Notes under the pieces: model-generated | Seen by the model: only the letters and a program-made list of their open reading frames with translations | The model's database searches: none | What the model was told of the DNA's origin: nothing | In this document: positions 41,561-56,147 of the stretch, piece by piece | How positions within the stretch are numbered: position 1 is the stretch's first letter | How the letters are laid out: every line of letters begins with the position of its first letter | Assembly (NCBI RefSeq): GCF_009914755.1 | Contig: NC_060936.1 | From: the human T2T-CHM13v2.0 reference genome, Homo sapiens | DNA length: 64,000 nucleotides | Direction: 5' to 3' (one strand) | Program-made: the position numbers and the translations under genes

Positions 41561-42184
41561 TGGGTTGGTGATCCCCAGGGCTCCCCTCAGATTGGATGAT
41601 TCACCAGAAGGACTCGAATTCAGCATTCAGAAAAGCTGTTACATGTATGTTAAGGGCTTACTACAGCAGAAGAATACAGATGAAAATCAGCAAATGAAAA
41701 AGACACATAGGACAGAGTCCAGGAGAGACCAGCTCAAGCTTCCAGTTGTCCTTTCTCAGTGGAATCACACAGACAGGGCTTAATTCTCCCGGCAATGGTG
41801 TGTGACAACATGTGTGAAGTATTACCAATGAGGGAGGCTCACCCAAGCCTTGGTGTCCAGGGATTTTATCGGGGATCAGTTCTGTAGGTGTGGAGAGCCC
41901 ATATAGCTGACCGTAGATACTCAGTCTCTATCCCTCACATCCTCAGAGGACAAATTAATGCAGAGTGGCCTGGAGCTCAGGACAGCAAAAACAGGCATTC
42001 ACAAATAGCATTGTTAGCATACACTGTCTGGTAGGGTCTGAGGCCTGGGGTACACAAAGCCACACTTATCAAGCAGGACATGCTAAGAGCTTCTCTCCCA
42101 GGCGCTGGTTAAGGGCCAGGTCTTCCTCTGGAATGTTTAGGGTTTAAACACTCCAAGCCTGCTGAATGAACACTTTATTACACA
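41561..42184 (-). mobile_element. MER21-family LTR
   Basis: GATGATTCACCAGAAGGACTC...CCCAAGCCTTGGTGTCCAGGG...CCAAGCCTGCTGAATGAACACTTTATTACACA. Confidence 0.8.
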
Positions 42185-42289
42185 CTAGGGACAGGGCTCT
42201 TTCTCCCAAAGCCTGAAACTCTGACTGTGCAAACAAATACATGTAATGCAACACAACCAGTACTGTATCCTGGTACCTCGACTTGGCTT

Positions 42290-43510
42290 TATTTCTTCTT
42301 CTTCAACAACTTGAGTGTCTACTATGTGCCCATGCCTATTCTAGGTACTGGGGAGAAAGCAGTGTTTCAACCAATTTTTCTGCCCTCAGGGAGCTTCCAC
42401 TCTAGCTGGGGGAGGTAGATAATAAACATAAATGTTAATAAATATATTATACATCAAATGTTAGGAGGCAAAATAAAGCAAGTAGGGAGGCAGAGAGAGA
42501 TGGGGACAAGGAGCTTGGTGTTTTAAATGAGATAATGAGGGCAGGTCCCACTGATAAGGTGATATTTGAGCAGAGACTAGAGGGAATGAGGGAGGAAATC
42601 AAATGGATGTCTTGAGAAAGCATTCCATTCACAGAAACAGTGGGTATAAAGGCCAGAAGCGGGGAGCTTGTCTGGTGCTCAAGGAAGAACAAGAACCCAG
42701 TAGGGCTGAAGCAGGGTGAGGAGGGGAGTGAGGAGGGTGTGAGATCATGGAAGGAGTGGGGCTAGATGGTTACTCCAGGACACATGGGGAAGACTTTGGA
42801 GGGTCTTGAGGAGTAATATGATCCAAGTTATGTTTTCGAAGGATTTTTCTGGTTTCTGTGAGGAAAATAGACTTTATAGGGCAAGGAGATGAGATGGGAG
42901 GCTATTGTAATAATCCTACTCAACTATGTTGGTGGCTCAGACTGGGATTCTGGTGATGGCCGTGGAGTGGTTAGGAGGGGTCACAATCTATATCAATCTC
43001 AAAGGTGGAACTGCAGGATTTCCAGATGGAATGGATATGGAATGTGAAGGGAGAAAGAAAGGAGTGTTAAAGCAAACTAAATATGGCCTGAGAAGGACTC
43101 CTTGTGGATGAACCGTAATCTAGTTTAACAGGCAGACAAGGTTGGAAACCTAACTTAGGAGTATGTGCCTGTAACAGTAGCTGAGTCTTGGCCAATCCCA
43201 GCAGCCATAACTTCAACCACTCATACACTCCTGAGTGTTCAAACAGTGTTCAATTAAGGCAAACGCCAACCTGTAACTAATCTAGCTGCTTCTGTACCTC
43301 ACTTCTGATTTCTGTACATCATTTCCTTTTTTTTGTCTATAAATTTGTTCTGACCATGAAGCATCCCTGGAATCTCTCTGAATCTGCTGTGATTCTGGGG
43401 GCTTGCTGATTCATGAATCGTTTATTGTGCAATTAAACTCCCTTACATTTAATTTGGCCGAAGTTTTTCTTTTAACAGGAGTAATTGATGACTTCACTAA
43501 GATAAACCAT
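42290..43510 (-). mobile_element. L2 fragment, split by MER57
   Basis: CTGCCCTCAGGGAGCTT, GATAAGGTGATATTTGAGCAGAGAC and GGGAGGCTATTGTAATAATCC. Confidence 0.8.
43065..43477 (+). mobile_element. MER57 (A/B-like) ERV1 solo LTR
   Basis: TGTTAAAGCAAACTAAATATGGCCTGAGAAGGACTCC...GAAGTTTTTCTTTTAACA; TSD GGAG at 43061-43064 and 43478-43481. Confidence 0.9.
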
Positions 43511-43528
43511 AGCTTCTCAGTCTCAGTT

Positions 43529-43788
43529 GCCACACCAAATAGTGTATGCTAACCATGTGATTTATGGCACAGACCTATTTTTGCTGACCTGAGCCCTGGG
43601 CCATATTTCATCAATTTGTCCTCTGAGGATGTAGGGGCTGGAGACTGAGTATCTAAGGTTGGTCACATGGGTGCTCCACACATACAGAACTGACCCCCAG
43701 AAAAAACCCTGGACACCAAAGCTTGGGTGAGCCTCTCTGATTGGTAATACTTCACACATGTTGTCATACATCATTGCTGGGATATTAA
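43529..43788 (+). mobile_element. Internal MER21 LTR fragment, inverted relative to 41561-42184
   Basis: Reverse complement aligns to about 41780-42035. Confidence 0.8.
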
Positions 43789-44171
43789 ATTAAATATTTT
43801 AATTTCTAAGATATTTACCTGGTGCTTCAGGATAAAGCGCTCAAGGATAAAATGTTGTGAATGAACAGATATGTTGTGTTTTATGAATAATAGAATTTCA
43901 TTTAATTGTTAAAATACTACATGGTGTATGAATTAAATTCCCATGTTATAGATGTCAAATCATGCAGAAGTCAAGGTCTAAGTATGTGAAATTTAGCAGG
44001 CATGATTGGTTCAAACCTATGTCTTACTTTTCATGTGTGACATCTTTGTTCTATCAACGCCTATATCTTTAGAATGCTTTTGGCTGCAAGTAACAGAAAC
44101 CTGACTCAAACTAGCATATGCATTAAAGACATTTCTTACATTATAGAACTACTGCTCCACAGATGGGGCTA

Positions 44172-44823
<652 letters not shown>

Positions 44824-45209
44824 GGCTTGTTCCAGTCATAGTATGATCAGGGCTCAGAGACAATATTGAAAACCTTGTTCTGTCTGTCCAATCTGGGGTC
44901 CTTGCAACTGGCTTCCTAGGAAGGAATTGGCTTCCTCTTTGTGGTTGCAAGGTTGCTGCCAGTGGCAATCTGAGCTTAATTGTTCAAGTAAGAGAGAAAC
45001 TCATCCTTGAAGTGTGGAACAAAAATCCTTCCCTTCAGTCTGACTGGAGCAGTTTACCTCGCTAGGTAAACTGTCACCAGGCAAAGTAGCATTATCTGAT
45101 TGGTTTATATTAGTCAGGATCTACCCCTGCATTTGAGGATAAAGTCATTGTCTTCTGATTCAGGCATGGGATAGAGAGTGGGAATAAAGTGGGGGTCTCA
45201 AAAAACATG

Positions 45210-46460
45210 CCTGTAACTTTCTAGAAATGACAAGAAAACCAGTGAGGCTGGAGGGAAATAAATTCGGAGGTAAATATTAGGAGGTGAGGTTAGAGAGTAA
45301 CAGGGGTTAGATCGTGTAGGATCCTACCATTTGAACAAAATAGGAAGGTCTTGCAGGGCTTTGAGCAGAGGAATGCCATGATCTGCCTTATATTTGAAAA
45401 AGATCCCTCTGTTGTGGTGCAAACAAACTGTAGGGGAGTGAGGGGGCTATTAAGAGGCTAACACAGCTATCCAGGTGAGAGGTACTGGGGCTTTCATAAG
45501 GGTGATAACAGTGGAGATTGTGAGAAGTGGTTTGATTCTGGACGTATTTTCAATGTAGAGACTACAGAATTTCTGAAAAGATTGGATGTGGAGTGTGAAA
45601 GAAAAGCAGGGTTAAAGGTGTCTCTAAGGATGAAATTTGCATGAACTGTAATGGACAAGACTAGAACAAGTTTTGTGGGCCTGGGAGAAGTTCAGTTTTG
45701 TTTAGATACACTGAGTTTGACATGTGATTTAGATGCCAAGGTGGAGCATTGAATGGGCAGTCTTGTTCAGGGGAGTTAAGGCTGGCGATATCAATGGGAG
45801 AGGTATCAGCATATACATGATTTTTAAATTTTTATTACTTTTAAAGATGGGGTCTTGCTCTATTTCCCAGGCTGAAGTGCAGTGGTGCAATCACAGCTCA
45901 CTGCAGCCTTAAACTCCTGGGCCCAAGGGATCCTCTTGCCTCAGCCTCCCAAGCAGTGTAGCTGGAACTATGTGTGCACAACACCATGCCCAGCTAATTT
46001 TTATTTATTTATTTATTTATTTATTTTTTTGGTAGAGATGGGGTCTTGCCATGTTGCCCAACCTGATCTCAAACTCCTGGGCTCAAGCGATCCTCCTTTC
46101 TCAGCCTGCTGAAGTGCTGGGATTATAGGCATGAGCCACTGCACCCAGCCATACATGATGTTTAAATCCATGAGACTGGATGAGATTCCTGGAGAAGTGA
46201 GATAGATGAAGAAGAGGGCCAAGGATTGAGCCCTGTGGCACTGTAAATTTTTAAAGATAGGGAAGAGATGAGAAATCAACTGAGATGTGGCCACTGACAT
46301 AAAAGGGAAGTGAGCAGGATGTGGTATGCTGGAGCCAAGAGCAGAAAGGGCAGTATGGAGCGGGGCATGGTGATCGTGCCACATGCTGCCACGTGGTGGG
46401 CTCTGGTCACCTTGAATTGACAAGGTGGAGGAGAGGGGCAAAGGCCTGGTTAGAGTGGTT
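45210..46460 (-). mobile_element. L2 fragment, split by AluJ
   Basis: GGGCTTTGAGCAGAGGAATGCCATGATCTG; TTTAAATCCATGAGACTGGATGAGAT. Confidence 0.8.
45830..46150 (-). mobile_element. AluJ-like
   Basis: Antisense dimer with (TTTA)n linker; TSD ATACATGAT(T/G)TTTAAAT at 45813-45829 and 46151-46167. Confidence 0.93.
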
Positions 46461-46749
46461 TACTTTTATTATAGGTATTTTGCTCATATTAACAACCTTT
46501 CTTAATTTCAGTACTCTTCTTTAGATATTCAGGTCTCTGAATGTTGCTAACTGCTTATAGCTCTCAACCTCGAAATAATCAGGAAGGATAATTCTACAGA
46601 CCATTTTTCCCTTTTGTTGGAAGATTTTTCTTTTGGTGACAAATCCTGTATATATATTTTTGTGGTCAATATGGTCTTTGTTATTCAAAATAGCAACAAA
46701 GATGATAGATAAATAAAAGGTTGCTAATATTGAGGGCTAAAATATATTG

Positions 46750-46930
46750 AGAAGTTTGATAAACACATGAACTATATTCCTTTAATACTCATAACTTATG
46801 AAGTAGATACAACTATTGTCACCACTTTTGAGATGACGTAACTGGGATTAGAGAGGTCATGTTTCCTACCAAAGTTTTCACAGCTATAGATGGTAAGCTG
46901 GCAGAGCTGTGATTTTCATCAGGTCTGTCT
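46750..46930 (-). mobile_element. MIR
   Basis: Antisense core ATGAAGTAGATAC...TTTTGAGATGA...AGAGAGGT. Confidence 0.6.
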
Positions 46931-47146
46931 TATTTTTATAATTAGTTCTCCTAATATTACAAACTATGGCTTCAATTACAACATTCGGTTTGTATAAAAT
47001 GTAAAGTGCCTTATACAATTGTGAGCCCTTCAAAAATCCTGGTTGAATTTTATCGAATTGAGTTACATTATTAAGCATATTGAGATACCCAAGCCATGGC
47101 TGGCTTGTGGTCCTTTGGCCAGCTACCGATTTTTTCAGCTGATATT

Positions 47147-47182
47147 CCCCCACCCCACCCCACCCCACCCCACCCCACCCCA
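47147..47182. repeat. (CCCCA)7 pentanucleotide repeat
   Basis: Counted directly. Confidence 0.95.
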
Positions 47183-47947
47183 TCCTTTTTCCCTGCTACA
47201 CCAGGCAGACACGATTTCAGGTTGCCTGGTTTAAAAGCAATTATACCTCTAGAGAATCTTGTTGCCTCTGATTTCTAAGTGCTGGTTGTTTATAGAATTT
47301 CTGCTCAGATCCCTTTAGTTCAAAATGAACATGCCAATGAAACTGAAATGAGAATCTGCACTTCTAAATTGGATTATCTGCTTCCCTGGTGTACCAGTTT
47401 GCACCATTCTTCCCTCAGCAAAGTTGCCAGTGATTCTCAGCAGTTCAGTTTTATGGCTTATGCTGGATGGTTGGGACTAGGTGCATCTAGTTAACTTATT
47501 AGTTTTGCTGTGTCTTGGGGATGACTGTTGCCACAGTAACAGACCAATAGACTTTCCCTATCTGTTTAAATTGGTTCTACATCTTTTTTTTGAAAGCTGT
47601 ATTGAGAGCAGGGTAAGATCCAACCATCAGTTCTAAATTGGTATGCTCCAAGGCAAAAATTAAAAAAAAAAAAAAAAAAAAACCCTAAACTAGGGATGAA
47701 TCCCTTGCTTCTTTCTCTCTCGCTTTCTTCTTGGGAAACCCTTTTCTGCCTTTCTTAGTAAAATGGAGTTGAAATCAATATGGCTATTTTGATATAATAG
47801 CAATTCATAAAACATGTTTCCACTGCTAACTATATTTGGCACTAGCATAATTGACTAATGTCAACAGCACTGGCGGATGAATTAGTATTTATCAGTTAAC
47901 CGCTACTGCAGAGCTGTGCAGAGGACGTAACAAAACGCAGTATTTTC

Positions 47948-48281
<334 letters not shown>

Positions 48282-49059
48282 AATGCAGTATTTTCATGAA
48301 CTTGATGAAAAGAGTGGGTGGGTGGCTTAATTTGCCCCTAAATGGAGGATTGGAAGAATTAACAGACTTTCTGGAACACAATGTAACTTTCAGGTAAGTC
48401 AGTTAAGACAGGTTTGAGTCTAAATTTAGTCAAGTCACCTTTTAATTTCTAGAAAAATATTTGACTAAAACATTTGTTGAAGAAGCATTTAAAAAGTACA
48501 GTTCCAATGAAGAACTACGCATTTATCATTATAGAGTATGAAACAAAGCTTTGCATTCCCAGGATTTTGAAAAAAAATTTAATTGTGAAAAGACAGGGCA
48601 GCCTGATGTCAAAGTTGAAGAAACCAAATGTGGGGATAGATATGTGACCCAGGAGCAGAACTGCTGGACCCCCTGGGGGACAAAAAGAAGGACACTGAGG
48701 GCCCACGTGCTGTCTTTGTCATCCTCTTGATTGTAACATCCTCTTTAGGGAACAATTTGCCTTCTCTGCCAAGGGAAATAAAAATATGGCAACACATTGG
48801 CAGCTGTTAATGAGAATGAAGGGGCCAAATGGGTAAAGTGGAATGCATTATATTTATTTAGCTGGTTTTGGACATTTTTAAAAGATACCATGTACCAAAT
48901 GCCGCTCATCCTCCCAGACAGAGTAGAAAATGTTTTCACTCCTTAAGGGATTCTTTAAAAATAGGAACTAAGTCTTTCCGCTCACCAGAAAGCTTAGTCT
49001 TAACCATGACTCACCCACCTCTGCTTGCTAGCCTATCTCCACCTACACACATGATGAAG

Positions 49060-49215
49060 CTCTGGGCTCAACCTCAACTGCACATTAGAATCGCCTGGGT
49101 AGCTTTTGAAAATCTTGAAGCCCAGTCTGTACAACAGATCAATTAAGCAGAGGCTCCTGCCTTATTTGTTTTTAAATGCCCCAGGTGATTCGTATCAAGG
49201 TTTAACATCTCCACA
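49060..49215. mobile_element. MER5B-like fragment
   Basis: CTGCACATTAGAATCGCCTGGG...CCCCAGGTGATTC. Confidence 0.65.
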
Positions 49216-49394
49216 GTGTGGAGACTATGAACCCCTGGTTGCCCAGAAGTGGAGGTCTCTGAAAGCATATTTTATGATGAAAGAAACAAGAAGACAATAT
49301 TTCCCATGATGATTATGTACAATTTTTATAATCAGGAAAAATATTTTTAACTGAATTAAATGCTGAGTAGAAGAGGTAACCCTGACAAGTCCCA

Positions 49395-49610
49395 GTTATT
49401 AGCACCTAACATTGTGCAAGAGACGTGATCGATACTTTTATGTGATATTTATTTAATCTTCATAGCAATTCTATGTGGTAGCTGGATTTATCCACTTGAC
49501 AGATGAAGAAACAGAGGTTCTGGGATAAATAAATGAGATCACACAGCTGGTGGAGCGAGAGCTATACTTGGAGCTGAGAGGTTCCAAAGCTGTTTCTATC
49601 ATATTCACTG
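49395..49610 (-). mobile_element. MIR
   Basis: ATTTAATCTTCATAGCAATTCTATG...ACAGATGAAGAAACAGAGG. Confidence 0.75.
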
Positions 49611-52600
49611 CTCTTCCCCAAGTCGAACTTTAGAGAAACTTCTGAGCTCTAGGCTTCCTCTATGCATAGTCGTCTGTCAGAGTTGTAAGCAAGGGTGCTA
49701 TTCCATATTATTTGAAATTGCCTCCATTTCCCTCCTTGTTAGTCCCTCTTCTCTTCTATTTTAGTTTCCTCTCTTATTACCTTCCCACTCTTTGCTTTCC
49801 ATGCTAAGGCCAATGTCAGAATGTTTAAGTTGTTCATTGCAATAGCTATTTTCTGGTATAATGAATACTTTTTTCAGTCATCGTTTGCATACATTAACTC
49901 ATAACACAAATTTTACTAAACAGATGGGGAAACTGAGGGAAATCAACCTCATTGTTTTTCTAAAACTTGAAATATTTTCTCCAAGGTAAGATTTTGACCA
50001 CACATCTCCCATACTGTAAAACTACCGTTACCAAAAGGTGCCTCACTATCAAGGAAAGTGAAAAAGTGAAAGGAAAGAAACAAAACTAGGCATATGCTCT
50101 TGATTTCTATCGTTGGCAATTTGTGGGCCCTGGATAAGTGCTTGCTATTTGCATGTGTCTGGGGAAGCACCCTAGGATACTAAGGTAAGACCTAAAATGG
50201 CGATTTGAAGAATGATGTGAGATTGAGGTGGATACTTGTGTAAGTGGTGATGAGTAATGTCTTTGTCTGCAAATAGATGATTAGCTGCAACTGAGATTCC
50301 TGTTTTCAATATAGCTCATGAGAAGGCCTATTAAAATATCAATAGACTGGTTCCATTTATATAGCATTGTGGCAAATATAATTGGTGAGTTTCTCATGTT
50401 GCCACGTTCCTCCTCCCCGTGACTTATTTATGAGTGTTACATAGTAATGAAAAAGATAGGCTGTAATGAACTACTGCTAGGCAGAACATTTTCCAATGTT
50501 GCTAAGAGTTTCTTTTCTTTCCAACAAAATTGTTTCTTTTTCTCTCCCCATAATCATTAGTCTGTGTTTTGATGATAAAACAGAATTAGAAAGTTGGCTA
50601 TTCATAATTAATACCTGTTTACTATACGAAATGGTATTTTTGCTAGAGAAAATAATGGTAGGAAACAGTACAAGGAGCGCTTCGGTTCTGTGACTCTCAA
50701 TTAGCAAAGCCACATTAGTTACCTGCGGTAGGAGTGTGGTATCTTAAATAGTTGTAATGCGATATGGGACACCATGACAGAGTGTATCTGAATGACATTT
50801 CCCGAGATACTCCACACATTGACTGCTTTTCTTGTTTTTTACTTTTTGAAATAAATAAAAGATGGAAACAAAATTGTAATAAATTTTCTGAAACAATAAT
50901 TATACTAGCTGCAAATTTGTAAAGCCAAACCAGACAAACAGTACAGTTGTCCAATTTGGCAATCCCCAATCCAAAAAAGGACTGATATTATCATTTTGGA
51001 ACATTGACTATTCATGGTTTCTACCTTGAAAGGAGTCCAAATATTTTTGATGAAAATCAGAGATAATATGTGGCTTGTCTCAAGAATGATAGGTTTGTAT
51101 CTGTTCCTAGAAATCATTAAGCGTCATCTTCTCTCTGCTATATAACCCCATGTTGTGCTGGAGCCATAGAATTTTCTTCCTGCTACTTTTTATTTGTGGT
51201 ATTTATGTGTTTTATTGATTATGTGACATAATAAAACATAGCAAGTTGGAGCCGTATGTGCTATATATTTTGTTCAACAGCGATGCAGAATGTTAGGGCT
51301 CCACTCTCCACTCGAAACATCTTGCTGGGATATAAATAGATTTATAATGACTACTAGGCTCTGTGCCTGCAAAATACCCTGGTAAGTAGCTCATTATAGA
51401 GCTAACATCATTAATAAAATAGCTGAAAAATTTCACAAGTACAGGAATATCTTTTACATCAGTAGCTGTAAGGAAAATACCTAGCGTATGCATAATTTGA
51501 GACTCATTTTAAAGCTATAATTTATCATCATTATCTACATATTATAATGGCAAAACAGGTTTAATTGCTTTTGACTGGACTGGCATCATGATGAGGAGAA
51601 AAGTTAGTAGCAGATGGCCCCACTGTCAAAACTGCAGTCTCTTAGCCCAAAATAAAGTAACAGACTGAAGAGAACGTTTCTGGTTTCTAGCTCTATCTTA
51701 TCTTGATAAGTATGAATTAGCATTTTCTGGTATTATAATTGTCTAGAGAAAAGTGGAAATAGTAATTATTTACAGAAGACTAAAATAGCTGTGAAATTCA
51801 ACTTTAGCAGGTTTAAATTGTCTAACATTTTTGGATTAACAGAAATATTTACTTTTGGTATGACTTAGTGAGTTAAAAAAATATTTCCATTTTAGCTTTA
51901 CAATATTAAATTGCTGGCATGTGAACACTTTGAATACATCTGTTTTGGAGTTGCATAATATTTGGTTTTTGCTCCTCCTACAAAGTTTTCTGCTCTTTTA
52001 GTAATGTCAAAGACAAAAATTATTTTATTTGGAATAACCTGCCTGTATATGAACAAATAATTTGTCCAGAGCTCTTAAAGATGCACAGGACTTATATCTC
52101 ACTGTGTTCGAAATTTCAGTATTGCTGCCTCAGTTACAACATGGTCTGACCTCCTATATGAAACACAACACAGATGGATAATGTGATTTGCTTTAAAAAA
52201 AAAAAAATTATACCCCATCCAGTCATAGAGTTCCTCAGCAAATCAAAGAATTTAAAATCAAATAATATAATAAGAATTCAAACTATGAAACTGCAAAAAG
52301 TAAGTCTTCTTCTTCATCTTTTAAGTCTTTGGTGGCCCAAGAAGAACACAACTATCAGGTGGTAGATTACACTGTGGCTGGTCAATGCAAGTAAATTAAC
52401 TGCTTCAGCTGATAGAAAAGAAATGCCAACTATAGCAACTTAAATGAAGGTGACATGCTATCTGCCAAATAATGTGAATTTGAAAGTGCAGTTTAACCCC
52501 AAAGTAAAGGAAAGAAAAAAAGAAGAATGAAGCAATCTGCCAGACTAAAATAATGTGCGACAGAGAAATTATTCGGAAATGGAACTGGTTATAGAGATAC

Positions 52601-53839
52601 AGATTTATTATTTGGTTGCTGTCATGATAAATTTGCCTCAGCTATGCCCATACATGTTACAGTATTCATGTCTGAGATGAGTGGAGATGTTGCAAAAGGT
52701 TTTGCACAATTGAAAATTCATTCTGAAAATATAATTGGGTAAATATTCTTTCCTAAGAGTGTGTGTGTATATATATATATATAACCTTTAAATATATATA
52801 AATATAGAGAATTTTAAAATCAACATATATATCACACACATACAAATACACATATATTCATATTTTAAAAGAAAATGATCTGTTAGTGAATTGAGGTATC
52901 CACATACCATAAGGGATTTCAGACTACAAAATGAATTTCTTATTATCACCTATTGATATAAATGGTTTAGAAAACCATTTCAATGACTATAAAATAGATA
53001 TTCTGATCTAATACAAAATAGTGACTTTAAGGGCTAGACAGTGTACAGATTGATGTTATTAATGAGTATTGTTCATTGAATTTTGTAACACATTTAAGCT
53101 AAATAATTCAGTTTAATCTCACCAATGCTTTTGTCTTCACATATAGCAATTTTTGCAATCATATGAAATATTCATCATAAAGTAGGACTTAGCCAAATAT
53201 TATGAGAAGCAGAAGATCTAGAGGACATGCAAATACTTTTGGTATAGGAGAGGAGTGTAATTTCTCACTTGGGATTCATGAAGCCTCTCAAAGCTTGGAA
53301 AGCTATATATTTTTTTGGCATGTTTGGTATGAAGATTCACAGTTTGTTTGGTAGACTTCCATTAACAAATTAAACTACAATCCTTCTTTCTACCAGTCGG
53401 TTTTCTCCAAGAAATATTAATGCAGATGGCTCTAGTTTGGACAGCTCCAATGATAGAAGGCTAGTCACTACTCTTTGAAATTCTCTGTTGAATGATTATT
53501 GTCATTCAATAGCCAAGTTCGACTTCTAGTCATTTTTAATATTAGAAATTTTTCTGGGGCTGTCTGAGACATCTTTGGCTTCACCATTGTCTCATCTCCT
53601 CATGTCTTCCTTCCAATTAGAAAAGTCTCCGAACTCCACTTTCTGCAGCTGACTTCTGTCTCTAACACTGATGCATTTTATATTCCTCCCACCTAAAACA
53701 CTATATGTTTTCATAAAGCAATATAATGACAAAATATATTTTACATGTGTATGTGCTCTGGCTTCTAGTCACTGGTAGATTCAAACATAGTATTTTTGTG
53801 GTGCAAAATACTTGGTTTCTATGTCATTATTATTACTTT

Positions 53840-54085
53840 CTTCATCACTTCATCCTTATCACGTAAGCTTATTGACAGCTTAATGTGCAGGCGCTATGTC
53901 AATGCGCATGATGATATTTGACAGAGCAGCTCAGTGAGGTAGATACTTTTATGATTCCCCACTTTACACATCGGGAAACCAAAGCTTAAAGGGTTAAAGT
54001 ATCCAAGGCTATGCAATTAATGAAAGTGACTTGAGATTGCAACCCAGATCTCTTACATTTCAGAATTTATGCTTTTAATCACTAA
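53840..54085 (-). mobile_element. MIR
   Basis: GTGAGGTAGATAC...CCCACTTTACACATCGGGAAACC...GGTTAAAG. Confidence 0.7.
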
Positions 54086-56147
54086 GTTTGTTGTTGTCTC
54101 AAGATTTCAGAATTTGTATTTTTTATAAAATAATCATGTATTGTTGGTCCATAAATGGTTTTCAGTGTCATCACTCTGAAGCAATACTTTTATTTTGTTC
54201 CTTTTATTTGCAAAATACATGCACATAAAGAATCAGTTCATTTTTACATAGATTCGGTATTTACAAAATGTTAAATGACAGATTTTTCTCCCAAATAGTA
54301 TCTTTTATATTTAAACTTATCTTAAAAAGATAGAATTGTTTAGATTCCTTGAAATGGCTGGTGTTTGAAAGATGACTGAAAAAGTTAGAAATGTAAAATA
54401 AGGCCAATGAAAAGTAAGAATAGTAAGTAACATCCTTTTGTTTTATTAAAATGGGATTGTTTAATGTTTTGAACAAATTAGAAACAATAAAATTAGTATA
54501 AAGTAGAAGCTATCAGGGGCAAGGGGAGAAAGTTTTACTATAATATAATCTATATCATCTAATTCCTGTGTGATGATTTATAATATTCTCTTCTAGAAAA
54601 GTAAAAAAGAAAAGAAAACACTTGGAACTATGCTGTTGGAAGTGCACATTTCACTACTGCAATGTATCATTATAGCCTATGATAGCAGCTTGCATTATCC
54701 TTTAAATATTTATTCTCTTGAATAATTAGATTTAGGATATTTGAATTCATTTGGTGAATACGCTATTAACTTTTTATATATTTTGATAGTATACCAATCG
54801 TTCACTTGTCTAGCATCAAGTAAATGAAACTAAATAGTGTAGAAGTTTATAGCAAAATTATTCATTTTTCTGGATCCTGTTGTATACTTACATCTAAAAC
54901 TGAATACCTATTACAAACTGGGAAAATACAGTTACTGACTTACTTCTGGTGGCTAAAAATTAATTCTGTTGTAGCCTTCTATTTTACTTCTCTTTGTAGT
55001 TGAAAGTAATGGTTAAAAATAAATGAAGACAATATTACATCAAAACCATTCCAGAGCTCAAAGAGGTTTGGAGGCTGTTACCATGGTGCCCACTGTGGCG
55101 ACTCACCAGCCGGGTTTGGCATAGCTGCCTCAACAAAATGGGCCTAACTTTTGTTTTCTACAGAAACAGTGAGACTCCAAAGGCCTGTGTTGACAGGTAA
55201 TGAGATTTAATTCATAAGAGGGGGGAAAAAAAGGAGAGAAAATATCCATATTCATTGCTTAATCAAATAAAATTCTTTCAGAGGATTCTGGGAATTCTCC
55301 CCAGTTGCTTCCAAAGCCTCCCTTTGATAGCTGTAAACAAATTACCTTACGAATAACTTCTTAATCAGGGAAGAGAAGCGCTGTTCAATACTTGATCTCT
55401 CCCTTTGGGTGGTCCCAGCCAGAGAGCAGCCGTCTTCCTCCTGATAGCTTGGCTTCTGAAAAGCCATATAGCATTATGCTGACAGCTGTAGACCCCTTTT
55501 TTTGTTAGGATAACAAACACCCTGTGTTGAGGACAGCATCAAGCCAGCTTGCAGTATGCCCAATTAGAGAAGCTAAAATCTCATTTGTTGCACCATGGGA
55601 GCCCCCTGAAAGCACACCGTTTTGGCCTCATTACAGTATTTTTAACTTTACAAAAACAATTTCATTATGGAAATTAAAGAAGCTCATTTGGCCCTAGCAT
55701 GTATGCTGAAGTTAATAAATTCCAGAAGTATTTCAACTACCGCAGCATGTAGTTTTGTCTTCACTTAATCACAGCCAATGTGTAGTTGCTTTTTTAAAAA
55801 TATAGCGGGTCCATAGAAAATTATCATTTTCATTTGCTGTTTACTGTGTTTTGATTAAAAAGCAAACAAACCTGCAAGAAAAATATTAACTTCAACTGTG
55901 TTGGGAGATAATAAATTCCTGAAATTGGTGTCTTTGTGGGTATGTTGATTGCCTGAATGCATAAGTTCTGCATGCTCTGTTTATGTGTAACTCTTCGGAA
56001 GGTAACGACAACCCGAAGAATAAAATTGAAATAACATCCTCTATGCACTCAATGCCCATGGAATTCATGTTCAATGTTGAAGACAGTGCTAAAAATTTCC
56101 ATATTTACTATTATTTGAAAAGGGAGGAATTTTCCTGTTTTGAAGTA

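Noticed and set aside
46013-46441. Longest ORF (142 aa)
   Set aside because: It reads through L2 and AluJ fossils and has no recognisable domain
51587-51668. Box C (ATGATGA) ... box D (CTGA) spacing like a snoRNA; similar at about 49274-49354
   Set aside because: No terminal stem or recognisable guide; the second case lies in an L1-like 3' end
55992-56019. TCTTCGG...CCGAAGA hairpin
   Set aside because: Only a 7-bp stem, too short to support an RNA element
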